From positions 186,001 to 250,000 of the forward strand of contig NC_045696.1 of NCBI RefSeq assembly GCF_009834535.1: a DNA stretch of 64,000 nt, in the 5' to 3' direction. A model generated the notes under the pieces. The model searched no databases. It saw only the letters and a program-made list of their open reading frames with translations, and was not told the DNA's origin. The stretch comes from Camelus ferus (lineage: Eukaryota). Each line of letters starts with the position of its first letter. The first letter of the stretch is position 1. Below are positions 1 through 13,380 of the stretch, in pieces. A program made the position numbers and the translations under genes.

Positions 1-1883
1 GGGCTGCTTGTGCTCATGGAAAACCATAACTTGTCCCCTGCGCTAACCAGCAGGACATGCTTCGCTCATCAGGCACAGGTGGATCGTGTGGGCTGCTCTT
101 GCTCATAGAAGACGGTGACTTAGCCCTTAGCTGGGGACAGCTGGGCTGCTTCGTGTGCTTAGACGATTTCTGATTGTAGTATGGAGACTTTGTGGTGGTC
201 TGGGTTTTCATTATTAATTATTTGGAACACTGTAACCTTGCTCATGATTGTTTGAGGCTTAAAGTAACCATTTGTACTATCAATATTGTAACCTTCTCCC
301 TAAGTATAAATTAAGATTATAATCTCTTTTTTTTCACAAGCTGAAACTGCTGAGCTGCATCCCTGCACATACACCATGCCCTTTATTCATTCCTATGACG
401 TATTTTACTTTGACTCTCTGTTTGATTATTCTCAATAAATACAAGGGCTTGGGAGGGCTTGGAGAGTTGGGCTCCAGGTCCCTCTCACTCTCTTGACTTA
501 ATAAAGTCTTGAGTAATTTTGTTCTTCCGCAGTGGGACTTTTGCTGGACAAAACCCACAATGAACAGAACCCACACTGTGAGATTGGTTTTTTCAAGTGG
601 TTTTCTTCCTTCTGATGCTGAAACACAATGTTAGGGGCAAAGGAGCTTGATGCTGCCAAGGATGGACCAGAGTAAGGAGAAGTCGGAGCTGGGCACAGTT
701 TGTTGCCCTCTGTCTCCCTGGGCTAACAGCCCCTAACAAACCTGGTAATGGAATTTCCAGTCATTCGTTCATGGCAGGAGGAGGTGGGGCAGGGGAGGAC
801 CGGGATCCTTTCAGCACCGTGGACATCTCCAAGCCAGCGCCATACACCCAGGTAGCTCTGCTCTGTATGCGTGATCCTGGTAGAAATTACATCTGGGCTC
901 AGACGTTGTTAGTTTTCCATTCCAGGCTCCATGCCAGTGGCCCATCTGGCTGGGCTGTGGCCATGTACTTGCCACGGAGCTCGGGAGGCCAGCCCTGGGG
1001 TTGGTCAGCACTTGGCAGCAGCAGGAAATGTGACACGAGCCACAAGAAGGGGGCTTATAGGAGGGTCTCAGCTACAAGCCGAGTCACTGGGCTTTGAGTT
1101 ACCGCTCCACAAGTGGCTCCTTTCCTGGAAAATTTACTTGTGGGGCAGCCTTCTCGGTCAACTCAGAGCTTCAAAAATGTCTAGTTTGATTTGGTGTGAA
1201 CTAATGTAGTATGACGGGACCTAATTTGATCCTATTGACTTTGAGGAGGCTGAATTAGCTACTGTCCAGCCCTATTTCCAAAACGCACAAATATTGCCAA
1301 AAAGGAGACCCCGTGAGGTCAGGCAGCCCTGCACTGGAGGCCTGGTCTCTGGTGCAGCTCCTTGCAGACTGAAGACCTGGCATGCAGTTTGCAGAGATCA
1401 CTGATGCCCTTGCTCCTTGGATGGTGAGAAAGACACCAGCTGGAGTCACAGCTCCAAGAACGTGGTACAGACCGTGGGAAACCCCTTGTCCCACCGGGGC
1501 CAAGGCATGCATGTCTGCACGATCGGGCCACGGCTCAATGAACAATAATGCAATAATGTCTCCTGGACCCAAGGAAGCAGCCCAGACACGCCCTTGCCCT
1601 GTCTGCTGGGCTTCTGATTTCTCAGATCTGATGCTCACAGTTCTGGTCTCTTCCTCTGGTCAGCGCTGCCAGCAAGCCTTTCCTGCAACAGTAAATGCCT
1701 CCTGCCTTCCCATCTCTGGGCTCCAAATTCACAACACTATGTTGAATATCAAGGGTGGTAGAGGCATCCTTGCCCAGTTTAAGATCTTATGGAAAAGTGT
1801 CTTAATAGGTCATCACTCAGCTGTTGATGGACACTTAGGAAGCTCCCATATCTCAGCTATTGCAAATAATGCTGCTATGAACA

Positions 1884-1993
1884 AACACCCTGACACTCAT
1901 ATTCTCAGAGGGACTCCAAATATAATGCTATCCTTTAGGATTAGGCTGGCCTGAGATGGGTGATATCGGGTGTAAAATATGCACTTAGCATAC
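1884..1993 (+). pseudogene. V1R pseudogene fragment (TM2 to TM3 start)
   Basis: aacaccctgacactcatattctcagagggactccaaatataatgctatcctttaggattagg...gagatgggtgatatcgggtgtaaaa aligns by eye to 11905-12005 of the intact V1R, with small indels. Confidence 0.85.
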
Positions 1994-1994
1994 A

Positions 1995-2710
1995 ATCCAT
2001 CAATTGTACTCCTGGGCATTTATCTTAGAGAAATGAAAACTAACATTTACGTAAAAACCTGTACACAGTTGTTCATAGTAATAGCCAAAACTGCTGTTTA
2101 ATTGCAAGAGCCCAAACTGCAAGACAGCCCTAATGTCCCTCAGCAGGTACGTGTAAGTTGGTACCTCCACACTGGGAGTCTTACTCAACAATAAAAGGGA
2201 TTAAGCTCTTGAGACAAGCAACAACTTGAATGGACCTAGAGAAGAATGCTAAGTGATGAAAAGAAATCCCAAAATATTATATGCTATAAAATTATATTAT
2301 TGTATTTAGATAATGTTTTGCAGAAACAAAATTATACTGATGGAAAACAGATTTATGGTGGTGATCTGGGTGTGAGTATAGAGGTAGCATGAGGGAGACC
2401 TTTGTAGATGAAACAATGTCGTGTCTTGATGGAGTCAGTGGTTACATGAAGCTACACGGTGGTAAGGTGACATGACTACACGTTACATCCATGTCAAACG
2501 TTTTTACATTGTACTATAATTGTGAAAGATGCAGCCATTGGGGAAACTGGATGAAGGGCTAATAGGATTTCTCTGTACATCTTTTACAACTTTCTGTGAA
2601 TCTACAATTTTTTCAAAATAAAAGGTTTAAGTTTTAAAATGTAAATTTTTCATGTGTTCAAAGTTGCACAAGTTATATCACTGAGTATGTACTGCAAATT
2701 CAAATAAAAA
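1995..2710 (+). mobile_element. Old L1 (L1M-type) 3' end fragment
   Basis: caattgtactcctgggcatttatc...cccaaactg...aatgtcc pattern typical of L1 3' ends. Confidence 0.8.
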
Positions 2711-3389
2711 TTATGGTCTGGTCGTTGAACAAGATAAAGCTATACGCTTGTTTGAATGGAAATTTCAGAAATCTGAAATTCAGCTCTGAATAGCCACCAC
2801 CCCAGCCTCACAGATGCGGCACAGTGGCCAGCGTAACACTGAATACCGGCACAACATCTGCCAGCTGAGAGAATTAAACTTCTGATTACCTTCCTGTCGT
2901 TGTTCTGGAACCCTGAAGGATAATTACCGAGCTTTAACTCAGGAACAATCTATTATTACCTCAGAAGATAATTGGGCACTTGAAAATAATCAGCCTAATA
3001 AGTAACAGGAGACACAAGGCATCAGAGAGGGCGATTTAGACTCCTGTGAACCTGCCAGACTGGGTCCCTGTGCACAGGACATTTCCACTTTGGATAACAA
3101 GCTGGTTAGTGCCCCATGGGAGATGAAGTCACATAGCTCCTTCCCCATAACTCTGGCAGCATATCATCAGTTTTCAGAACCGCCTGTGAGTCACCCCCCT
3201 TACCGGGTGCTACCCAGACTGGCTTTGGTAAGGACACTGGTGTGACTGGGGTCTCAGGGCTGCAGAGGAGATATTAAGCCCTTTCTGGAATTTCTTCTGA
3301 ACATTCTATTCTCTTCTTTCTAAATCTAAAGTCATTCTCACATCGCTTACATTCCCCTCTCTATTTCAGTTTCTTCTTTGTATTGATTT

Positions 3390-6300
3390 TTTGTGGCATG
3401 ATTACATTGTGGTTTTACTCTACGAGCTAATTTGTGCTCTCTCTTTTTTCTTCTTTGTGAGTTTGGCCAGAGGTTTGTCAATTTTATTTACTTTTTCAAA
3501 AAAACAGCTTTTGGTTTGGTGGTTGATTTATTCTATGGTCTTGTTAATTGCTATTTTATTTATTTCCTCCCTAATCTTTATAATTTCCTTCCTTCTCCTG
3601 CCTTTTGGGTTTTGTTTTGTTTTGTTTTGTTTTGTTGTTGTTCTTTTTCTAATTCATTCAGCTGGTGGGTTACATCATTTATTTGAGATTGTTCTTCTTT
3701 TTTGAGGAAGGCCTGTATCACTATAAACTTCCCTCTTAGCACTGCCTTTGCTGTGTCCCATAAATTTTGTGTGGCTGTGCTTTCATTGTCATTTGTCTCA
3801 AGGTGTTTTTTAATTTCAGCTTTGACTTCCTCATTGACCCATTGTTTTTTTTTTAATAACATATTGCTTAATCTCCATGCTTTCCTTTTTTTCTCCTTTG
3901 TTTCTCTGTTGTTGATTTCTAGTTTCATGGCATTGTGGTCAGTAAAGTGCTTGAGATAATTTCTATCTCCTTAAAATTGCTGAGGTTTCTTTTGTACCCA
4001 AGTACATGATCAATCCTGGAAAATGTTCCATGTGCACTTGAAAAGAATGCATATCCTATTTTGGGGGGGTGTGAAGCTCTGAAAATATCCACCAAATCTA
4101 ATTTTTCTATTGTATTATTTAGTTTCTCTGTTGCCTTATTTATTTTCTGTCTGGAAGATCTGTCTAGTGATGTTAATGCGGTGTTAAAATCTCCAACTAT
4201 GATTGTATTCCCATCAATATCCCCCTTTATCTCTGTTAGTAATTGTATTATGTACTTAGGTGCTCCTATATTGGGTACATATATATTAATGAGTGTAATA
4301 TCCTCATCTTGTATCATTCCTTTAATGACTATAAAGTGTCCTTCTTTATCTTTCTTTATGGCCTTTGTTTTAAAGTCTATTTTGTCTGAAATCAGTACTG
4401 CAACACCTGCTTTTTTGGCTTTTCCATTTGCATGGAATATCCTTTCCCATCCTTTCACTTTCGATCTATATGTGTCCTTCTCCCTAAAGTGGGTCTATTG
4501 TATGCAGCATATTGAAGGTTCTTGCTTTATTATCCAGTCTGCCACTCTATGCCTTTTGACTGGAGCATTTAGTCCATTAACATTTACAGTAATTAATGAT
4601 AGATGTGTGTTTATTGCCATTTTGAACTTATCTTTGCAGTTGAATTGGTATTTCCTCTTTGTTCCTTTCTTCTTCCTTTTGTGGTTTGGTAATTTTCCTT
4701 TGTATTATCATGAATTTTATTTAGTTTTAGTGACTCCCTTGTAAGTTTTTGGCTTGTGGTTTCCCTCTTTTTTAAGTCTATTAGCCCATTACTATAACTG
4801 TTTTTATTAAACTGATAGTAACATGATCTCAAACCCATCCTACCAAGAAAAAAATTTTTTAAAGAAAGAAAAAAAATTCTGTATTTTCCTGCCTCCCTCT
4901 CCCACTCTCAATGATTTGTATGTCTACTTTTATGACTTTGTGTTTATTTTATTTGTAATTTATGAGTTATCACCTTTCCAGTTGTGACTTTCTCATTTCT
5001 GTAGCATCCTGCTGCTTTTCTATTTAGAGTAGACCTTTCAATATTTCTTTTAGCATGGGTTTAGTGTTGCTAAACTCTTGTAGCTTTTTCTTGTCTGTGA
5101 AATCTTCATGTCTCCTTCTATCCTAAAGGATAGCCTTGCTGGATAAAGTATCCTAGGCTGCATCTTTTTTTCATTCAGAACTTTGAATATATCTTGCCAC
5201 TCCCTTCTGGCCTGTAGTGTTTGTGCAGAGAAATCAGCTGAGAGCCTTATGGGGGTTCCCTTGTAACTCACTCTTTGCTTTTCTCATGCTGCTTTTAGGG
5301 TCATTTCTTTGTCCTTGACTCTGGCCATCTTGATTATGATATGTCTTCATGTGGGTCTGTTTGGGACCCTCTGAGCTTCCTGCACTTGGATATCTGATTC
5401 CTTCTTTAAGTTTGGGAAGTTTTCAGTCATGATTTCTTCAAAAACCTTTTCAGTCCCCTTTGATCTTTCTTCCCCTACTGGGACCCCTATTATGAGAATA
5501 TTGGCATGCTTTATATTATCCCATAGGTCCCTTATGCTATTTTAATTTGTCTTTATTTGTTTATCTTGTAGCTCTTCTGATTGGGTGCTTCCATTGTCCT
5601 GTCTTCTAGGTCACTAATTCGTTCCTCTGCATTATCTAGTCAGCTTTGCACAGCCTTTAGATCATTCCTCATCTCGGTCAATGAGTTTACCCATTCTACT
5701 TGGCTCTTCTTTATAGCTTCAATTTCATTTTTGACATATTTTATATCTCTAAACACTATCTCTTTTAATTCCTTCAGCAATTTGATCACTCCTTTTTTGA
5801 AATCTTGATCTAGTAGGCTATCAGTGTCTATTTCATTGATCGTTCTTTCAGGGGATTTCTCTTGTTCTTTTAATTGGAAATGGTTTCTCTGCTCCTTCAT
5901 CTTGCTCATACCTCTCTGGCACTGTGGTCTATGGAGTATCAGTTATCTATTGTGGTCCTTAAGGAGTTTATCTATCTAATGCCTGTGTAGGAATAAAACT
6001 TAGGGGAAAAAAAAGAGAGAGAGAGAAGGAATTTTAAAAGAGGGGAGGAAAAAAGGTTTGAAAAGAGTGTATAATTAATAATAGAAGAGTAAGTTGAAGC
6101 AGAATAGCAATTGGGTTGAGACATTCTTTTAAAGCCTTTAAAAAAGGGGGAAAGAGGAAAAGATGTATTTGAAAGCTGTGTGTAATCAATAACAGGACCT
6201 CAAAACCCAAGAGAAATAAAAATGAATTAAGAAGTAAAAATTAAGAGGGTAATAGAAAATAGAACAGGTTAAAAACACATTTAAAAAAAAAAAAAGGGGA

Positions 6301-7571
6301 GGGGGGGGTTGGTGTTCTCCTGGAGACTGTGTGCTTTTAATGTGAAGTCTTTCTGTCTTTGTCCTGTTTTGGAAGCTCAGCTTGCTGTTTCCAGAGGCCC
6401 CCCGTTGGCGCCCTCGTCTGTGCTGCTCCCAGTGCCTGTCGGCAAGCAGATCGCGCCTCCTCCCAACACTGGGTCAGGTGCAGCTCTCCTCTGCCGTGGG
6501 CGGGCAGGTCACTGCCCCTCCCGATGCCGCAGTCAGATGTTGCAGACTGGCCAGGTAGGAGGGTGGGTCGCGCCCCCTCCCAGCACCGTGGTCAGGGTCT
6601 GCGTTCCTGCCGGAAAGGCAGGGGGCCGCCCTCCCTCTCCCAGCACCAGTCAGTCCGCTGCTCTGTGCTGCTGCGCGCTCCACCTCGGGTCGGCGATCCG
6701 CAGGCGGGCTCAGGGAAGACCGAGGAACAGCCTTGTCCCTGCTCCAGGCCAGAGCCCAGCTCCTTGTTTGTCTTGGCGGAGCAAGTTCTCTGAGGGACCA
6801 GGACGGAAGGATCCTATCTGCCTCGGGCTGTAGACAAGTCTCGGTCTGGCTTTTGAAGCTGCTAAGTCCTTAGGTGCGGATGCAGGTTTCGCCCCCGCCC
6901 CCACCTGGGTGCTAAGCACCGGAGGATATGGCTGCTGTGCCTGAGCCCCGCCTCTCTTCCCCCGAAAACTTTCCGTGGGTTTTCAGAGATGGGGGTATAC
7001 ACCCTTCCCCCCAGGGCACATCAACCGTGTTGTTTTATGGAGGGCCCACGTTGTTCTGCCCTGTACACCCACAGCCACGGCGCGCAGCCCCCTGCAGTCC
7101 CCCAGGGCTGCCTCAGTGCAGGGGACGCCGTCCTCCGACCAGCTCGGGCAGCCTGGCCCTGCCCCCAGCTGCCAGCCCGCGTCTCAGGCTGGGTGTTGCG
7201 GGGACCCTCTGTGCCCGTTTAACTTAGTTCTGCCAGTCAAGGGCTGGTCTGTACAGATCCAAGCCTCGGAGGCTCCCCCTCTGTCCCGCTGGCCTCTCAG
7301 TTGGAGGGGAGACCCAAAGAACGAGCGCCAGTCCTCTTCTGCCGCTCCCTCCCCGCAGGACCCGTCCCGCGCTGCTTTGCCTTTTCTTCTTTCTTTTTTC
7401 CTTTTCTCCTACCAGATTTTTGGCGTCTCTATCTTTTGAAGAGGACGATGTTCTGTCAGAGTTCTGCAGGTGCTCTGGTTGGCTGAGTGGGTCTGTGGAT
7501 GTGAGTCTTGGTGCATTTGTGGGAGAGGGTGAGCTACCAGTGGCCTTCTACTCCGCCATCTTCTCTCTTCC
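3390..7571 (-). mobile_element. Relatively young LINE-1: CpG-rich 5'UTR, disrupted ORF1 and ORF2 endonuclease region; 3' part missing
   Basis: 5' start ggaagagagaagATGGCGG at about 7571. ORF1 pieces at 5640..5909 and 5050..5271 (YKGTPIRLSADFS, ILYPARLSF). ORF2 EN pieces at 3925..4458 (GVAVLISDKIDF, IIVGDFNT, FSRIDH) and 3578..3928. Confidence 0.95.
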
Positions 7572-7574
7572 TCT

Positions 7575-9540
7575 GTGCACAAGTTTCTGTTTGAACATCT
7601 GTTTCCTTTTATTTGAGTATATGCCTAGTTGTACAGTTGCTGGATCATGTAGTAATTCTGTGTTTTACTTATGGAAGACTCACTGAATTCTCTTCTGTGA
7701 AGGCAGAACCACTTCACCTTTCTACCAACAATGTCTGAAGGGTGCCAGCTTCTCCACGCATGTGTCATATTTTCCTTCTTTTGGATTATGACAATCCTAA
7801 TGGGCTTGAGGTGGCATCCCTTTGTGGCTTTGATTTGCATTTCTCTAAAGAATAATGGGGTTGGTCATCTTTTCATGTTCTTATTGGCATTATGAGTATC
7901 TTTCCTGGAGAAGTCTCTGTTCAGTGTCTGTGCCCGTGTATTAACTGGGTTGTTTGTCTTGTTGTTGTTGAGCTGTAACAATGTTTTACATATTTCAGCT
8001 CCTAGACCCTTATCAGATATATTATTTGCTAATAATTTCTCCCACTCTGAGTAGTCTCCTCACTTGCTTTATAGTGTCCTTTGATGTACACAAATTTTTA
8101 ATATTGTGAAATCCAATTTATCTGTTTTTTCCTTGTGTTGTTTTGCTGCTTTGAATGTCATATTTAGGACACCATTGCCAAATTCAAGTACATGAAGATT
8201 TGCTCTTTGTTTCTTCTAAGAGTTTTATAGCTCTTCAGTTTAGTTATTTGATCTATTTGGGGTTAAGTTTTGTATATGATGTGAAATAAAGGCCCAGCAT
8301 CACTCATTTGCATGCAGGTATTCTGTTGTCCAGCACTGGACACTGTTCTTTCCCCCACTGAATTGTCTTGGCATCCTTGTCAAAAATCACCTGATCACAG
8401 ATGTACAGGTTTATCTCTGGATTCTCTCTCCTCTTCCACTCACTGATATCTCTAGCCTTGTGCCTGTATTACACTATTTAGTTATTGCAGCTTTGTAGAA
8501 AGTTTGAAAATCAGGAAATGTGAGTCCTCCAACTTTGTTCTTTTTAAGATTGCTTTGGCAATTTAAGGTCCTTTGAAATTCCATAGAAATTCTAGTATCA
8601 GATTTTCCATTTCTGCAAAATGGACACTGGGATGTGGGTAAGAACAGACTTGAAGCTGTAGGTCACGTCAAGGAGCACTGCCACCATCACGACACTGAGT
8701 CTCCCAAACCATGGACATAGGGTGTATATTGGCTCATCTGGGCCTTCTTTAATTTCTTACTACTGTGTTTATTAGATTTAGTGTATAACTCTCTCACCTC
8801 CTTGGTTAAGTTCATTCCTAGGCATTACATTCTTTCTAACACTATTGTAAATTCCGTTCCTTAATTTGGGGGGGTTGTTCATTGCTGGGGTATAGAAATA
8901 CAATTGAATTTTGTGTGTTGATCTTGGATCCTACAACTTTGCTAAATTCATGTGTTAGTTCAAGAAATGTCTTCTTTTTGGCAGGTTCTTTAGGGTTTTC
9001 CACATACAGCATCATGTCATCTATGAACAGACATAGCTTTCCTTTTCCTTTCCAATACTGACAATTCATTTCTTTTTCCTGACAAATTGCTATGGCTGAA
9101 AATTATAGCGCAGTGTTGAATGGAAGTTGTGAGAGGAGGCATCTCTGTCTTGTGCCTGATCTGAGGAGAATGGAAGCTTTCAGTCTTTCACCTGCTAGTA
9201 CGGTGCTGCATTCAGGTTTTTTCATATATGTCCTCTCTTGTGTTGAGGAAGTTCTCCTCTACTCCTAGATTATTGAGTGCTGTTGTTTTGGTTTGTTTTT
9301 TTTTTGTTTTGTTTTGTTTTTTGTTTTTTCAGGAACAGATGATAATTTTTTCAAATTCTTTTGAAACATTATTGAGATGATCACGTGGATTTTTCCCTCA
9401 GTGCATTGATGTGGCCTATTACACTGATCTTCACATGTTGAACCACTCTTGCACTTCTGGGAAAGATTTCACCTGATTGTAGCATGCCATCCTTTTAGTA
9501 TGGTGCTGGGTTCAGTTTGTTCTGACCCTGTTCAAACTGT
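7575..9540 (-). mobile_element. Older L1 ORF2/3' region
   Basis: RT-like ORF remnants such as [14 protein letters not shown] (8842..9069) and MQIKAT..HLKPIR (7625..7840). Confidence 0.85.
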
Positions 9541-9929
9541 GATTCACCCTGCCCTTTCCACCTGGGGGTGGAAGTAGAAATGGACAGACCAGCCAGTCTC
9601 TTCTCCAGATAGGCTACAACAGTAATAGGGGCAGTTTGGTGTCACCTGAATGGGTCCCTGGGGTACCTGGGCATGAGGCAGAGGTGGGAGGAGCGTTAAT
9701 GACAATGACATGGAGGCATTTTGAGGCCACTTTTTGAAGTCTTCTTCCCCCTGTTAGATGTCATGCCTGGAAATAGCCAACATCCCCTGTGCCGTGCAGC
9801 CACAGATGTTGTAAACAGAGACTAAAATCCTCTAAGATAATGAATTTCAGACCCAAAGTATTTGAGATACAGTAGGAACTGCTAGTTTCAGCTCAGTTTT
9901 CATACCTAAGCTTCCACCGTAGGCAACCC

Positions 9930-10580
9930 AAGAAAGCAGAGGAAATTAAACTTAAAGCAACTGTAAGAACATAAATAATAAAGATCAGAGCAGAAATCTA
10001 TGAACTCAGAGCACAGGAAAACAGTAGAGAATATCAAAGATCAAGAAAGTTCGTAAACCTCTAGACAGTTTGGCCAAGAGAAAAAGAGAAGACATAAGAT
10101 ACAGAACAGGAACGAGCAAGAACATAACTAATGATCCCCGAGGCACTTAAACACTAGTGAGAGCACAAATGCCACAACCGACTCAAGCTTGTCAGTCTGA
10201 TAACTCACACGAAGTGGACCGATTCCTCCAAGGACAAGCCACCAAAAGTCACTCAGAAGAACTAGGTAACCTGAATACCTTGTGCCTATTAAAAAAACTG
10301 AAGTTATGTTTAAAAACCTTTTGAAAAACTCCAGATCCAGATGGTTTCAGTAGCAAATATGCCAAACGCTTATAGAAAAATACCAGTTCTACACAAGCTC
10401 TCCCACAAAATGCAAGGGAAAGGAACACTTACTGAATCACTTTTTAAGGCGACCTGTATTCATGTCAATAGTCGATCAGAAAATGACAGACCACTCTCTC
10501 TCATGAACACGACACAAAAATTCCAAGCTAAATATCAGCCAATTGAATCCAGCAATATATAAAAAGTGTCACTTTTAAAA
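9930..10580 (+). mobile_element. L1 ORF2 fragment
   Basis: Decayed ORF2 sequence (RPLSLMNT.K motif in ORF 10341..10562). Confidence 0.75.
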
Positions 10581-10811
10581 TTTCAGCTATACCAGTGGGT
10601 GAATAGTTGTAATAATAAGACTGACTCTGTTTTTTGGATGCTTGCTGTCAGCTTTTAGGCATGTGTACTCACTTTTTCCCCGTGACTCATGTCTGGTCAA
10701 ACTGATAAGGAATCTAAGGGCTCCCTCCTTTGGTGCAAGTAAGAGATTCAAAGCATTCAGCCCCTGCTGGCAGGTGTGAGCCCTCACCCAGGCCGCATCT
10801 GGATCACAATA

Positions 10812-10842
<31 letters not shown>

Positions 10843-11742
10843 ACCCAGACCAATTTCCTTTATACTCCTGCTCTAGCCGTTTTGAGATCATCTCGGGAGC
10901 TTTGTCCTGCTCTCCCAGACAGAGCCTCAGCATGTGAATGACAAGCCTCTCCCTACCCCTTGACCTGTCAGTGGCATCATCAGTCTCAATTTATGATTAA
11001 AGGGAACAGTCGAGTAGAAGGATACAGGAGTCACGAGACACATCGGTAGGCAGTAGAAGGCACTGCAGTGTGTGTGCACTGACTGCAGGGAGATTAGGGT
11101 AATTCTGAACTCTCTAGTCTCAGCAGATCAGTGGAGCCCACGCTTCAGATTGGAGATTTAGAATGAGATGAAGGTAATCTATAACTTGGCCGTTGATTTT
11201 GAATGTGACCATAATATCTTCTTTTATCTTATATTAGTTAACCTTATAACAAACGTGACAATAAAATATAACTGAAGTCAGATATGTTTTGTACCACATA
11301 TTTATGTATGCTTCAGTAATTATATATGCTCATTTGTAAAAATGAGCTATATAATACAATAAACATTTGAGAGAATATCATTGTACAGATGCTACTGGCA
11401 TTCACTATGCATAGAACGGTAAGAGGAGTTACAGTTTTAAGTAAACTGTCTCTTAACACATAAAGATAGTCTTCAGAATCAGCAGAACGTTTCTAAGAGA
11501 AACTGACTGGAATAAATGGTGAAAACATGATACTTTCTGTTTTCATAAACGTTAAATTCTGCTCTTTAAGTATCTTGATGGTCCCTTGGTCTGATGTAGC
11601 TAAACATTTGACCATCTTGCAGGAAGTCTCCTGGAAAATTAATACATTCACAGTTATTCTGAATCTTTACATTCGTAATCAAATTATCTGTCTATAGGAC
11701 GTGCTGATCTTGGTTTGAAGATCTAAGAGAGACTGAAAGACT

Positions 11743-12672
11743 ATGATTTCCAGTGACGTGATTTTTGGGATCTTCTTCACCTTTCAAATTTGTATTGGGT
11801 TCATGGGGAATTCCTTGTTATTTTTGTTGTATATGTACATCTTCTTAATTCTCCCTCATAAGAAGAAGCCCGCAGATACGATTCTTGCCCACCTAACTTT
11901 GGCTAACACCCTATCACTCATATTCAGAGGGGTCCCAAATATAATGTTATCATTTGGAATTAGGCCCAAGATGGGTGATATTGGATGTAAAACAGTGCTT
12001 TACATTCAGAGAGTTACCCGAAGTATTTCTCTGTACGCAACCTCCCTCCAGAGTACATTTCAAGCTGTGACTATTACTCCAAGTAATAGTAAGTGGGCCT
12101 GGATCAAAACCAAAATTTCTACGTTTATTCAACCCTCTTTACTTTTTGCCTGGATCATCAACATGATCATTTATACTGAGATCATCTTAAGAACTGTGGC
12201 CAACAGGAATGCCACTCATGCTGGTCCTGGGTATTACACCGCTACTTGTAAAACCAGTGCCTATAACCAACATCTGGCAGCAACATTTCTAAGCACAACA
12301 TTCACTCGAGATTTGTTCTTTCTCTCTCTAATGACATGTAATAGTATCTACATGGTGAATATTCTTTTCAGACATCACAAAATAGCTCAGCATGTTCGCA
12401 GTACCATCCACTCTTCACGAGGCTCTCCTGAAAACAAAGCTACCAGTGTTATTCTCATCCTGGTGAGCTGCTTTGTTTTATTTCACTGGACCAATACCTT
12501 TCTTACTGTTTATTTAATTTTTGTGCAAAAGAAAAACTGGCACCTGGAGAACTTTGGTAATTTCATTGCATCATGTTACCCTAGCATCTGTCCTTTCTTG
12601 CTGATTACAAATGAAAATAGAATTTCCGAGATAAATTACATCAAAACAAGGATGAGGATTTTCTCTTCCTAA
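11743..12672 (+). CDS. Vomeronasal type-1 receptor (V1R family GPCR), intact single-exon ORF, 309 aa
   Basis: Seven hydrophobic segments and V1R hallmarks GNSLL, HLTLAN, GCK..Y..RVTRSISLY.TS.QSTFQAVTITP and RHHK.AQH...S.R.SPENKAT..IL.LV. An N-glycosylation sequon (NAT) lies in an extracellular loop. Overlapping AATAAA signals occur at 13048-13057. The exact orthologue is not assignable by eye. Confidence 0.95.
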   Translation: MISSDVIFGIFFTFQICIGFMGNSLLFLLYMYIFLILPHKKKPADTILAHLTLANTLSLIFRGVPNIMLSFGIRPKMGDIGCKTVLYIQRVTRSISLYATSLQSTFQAVTITPSNSKWAWIKTKISTFIQPSLLFAWIINMIIYTEIILRTVANRNATHAGPGYYTATCKTSAYNQHLAATFLSTTFTRDLFFLSLMTCNSIYMVNILFRHHKIAQHVRSTIHSSRGSPENKATSVILILVSCFVLFHWTNTFLTVYLIFVQKKNWHLENFGNFIASCYPSICPFLLITNENRISEINYIKTRMRIFSS

Positions 12673-13380
12673 AGTAATTAAATGATCATATGACCACTCC
12701 TTAGCATTCCTCGCACCACTGGAGTAATGTGCCTGAGGACAGAGTAACCTGTTTATCAATGACCTGAGTTACATTTTAGTTCCCCCCTGGACTGAGTTAA
12801 CAAGGCTTAGGTTATGATGTCGTGTGTATAAGGTTTAAAATTTTAGAAGACAGTAACATATAAGTAATGTAGAATGCTTTTTAATAGAGGAAATATTATT
12901 AAATCATAAAATTACAGAAATTGATACATGCTGTTACTTTTGAGTATAAGGTAACCCTGACACTAAAGTAGGTGATGAGATATGCGTGTTATTTAAATTG
13001 TGCTCTATACCTTGGGATGTCAGAAATACTACATATTTAGTTTTTAAAATAAATAAAATTCTTCATATTTGCATATCAATTCAGAAATGTCTTCAGACTA
13101 TGCAATAATTATTTACCTGCATCTAAGATAAAGTGAAAAGACATAAACATAAACAGCATCTCAGAACACCTAAGAGATTTTTTTATGTCCTGAGGACTAT
13201 TGAGCATACAGGTGAACTTGGGCTCTGAATTGAAGATTAAAAAATCAAGGAGGCCAAAAACACAATGTCCATGATCTAGGTACCCCTGAATGTAAGACAC
13301 ATGGGAGAGTCTCACAATTACCGGTTCCTCCACAGGGCAACATGCTCAGCACACAGCACAGCGGAAGAGTTCATGTAGAC

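Noticed and set aside
620..1720. ORFs at 771-1954 as a possible gene
   Set aside because: No recognisable protein or exon chain. Probably decayed ERV-internal sequence, but I cannot assign it. Only the last part of ORF 1382..1954 overlaps the V1R fragment.
3391..4744. Hydrophobic plus-strand ORFs resembling membrane proteins
   Set aside because: They are antisense translations of A-rich L1 ORF2.
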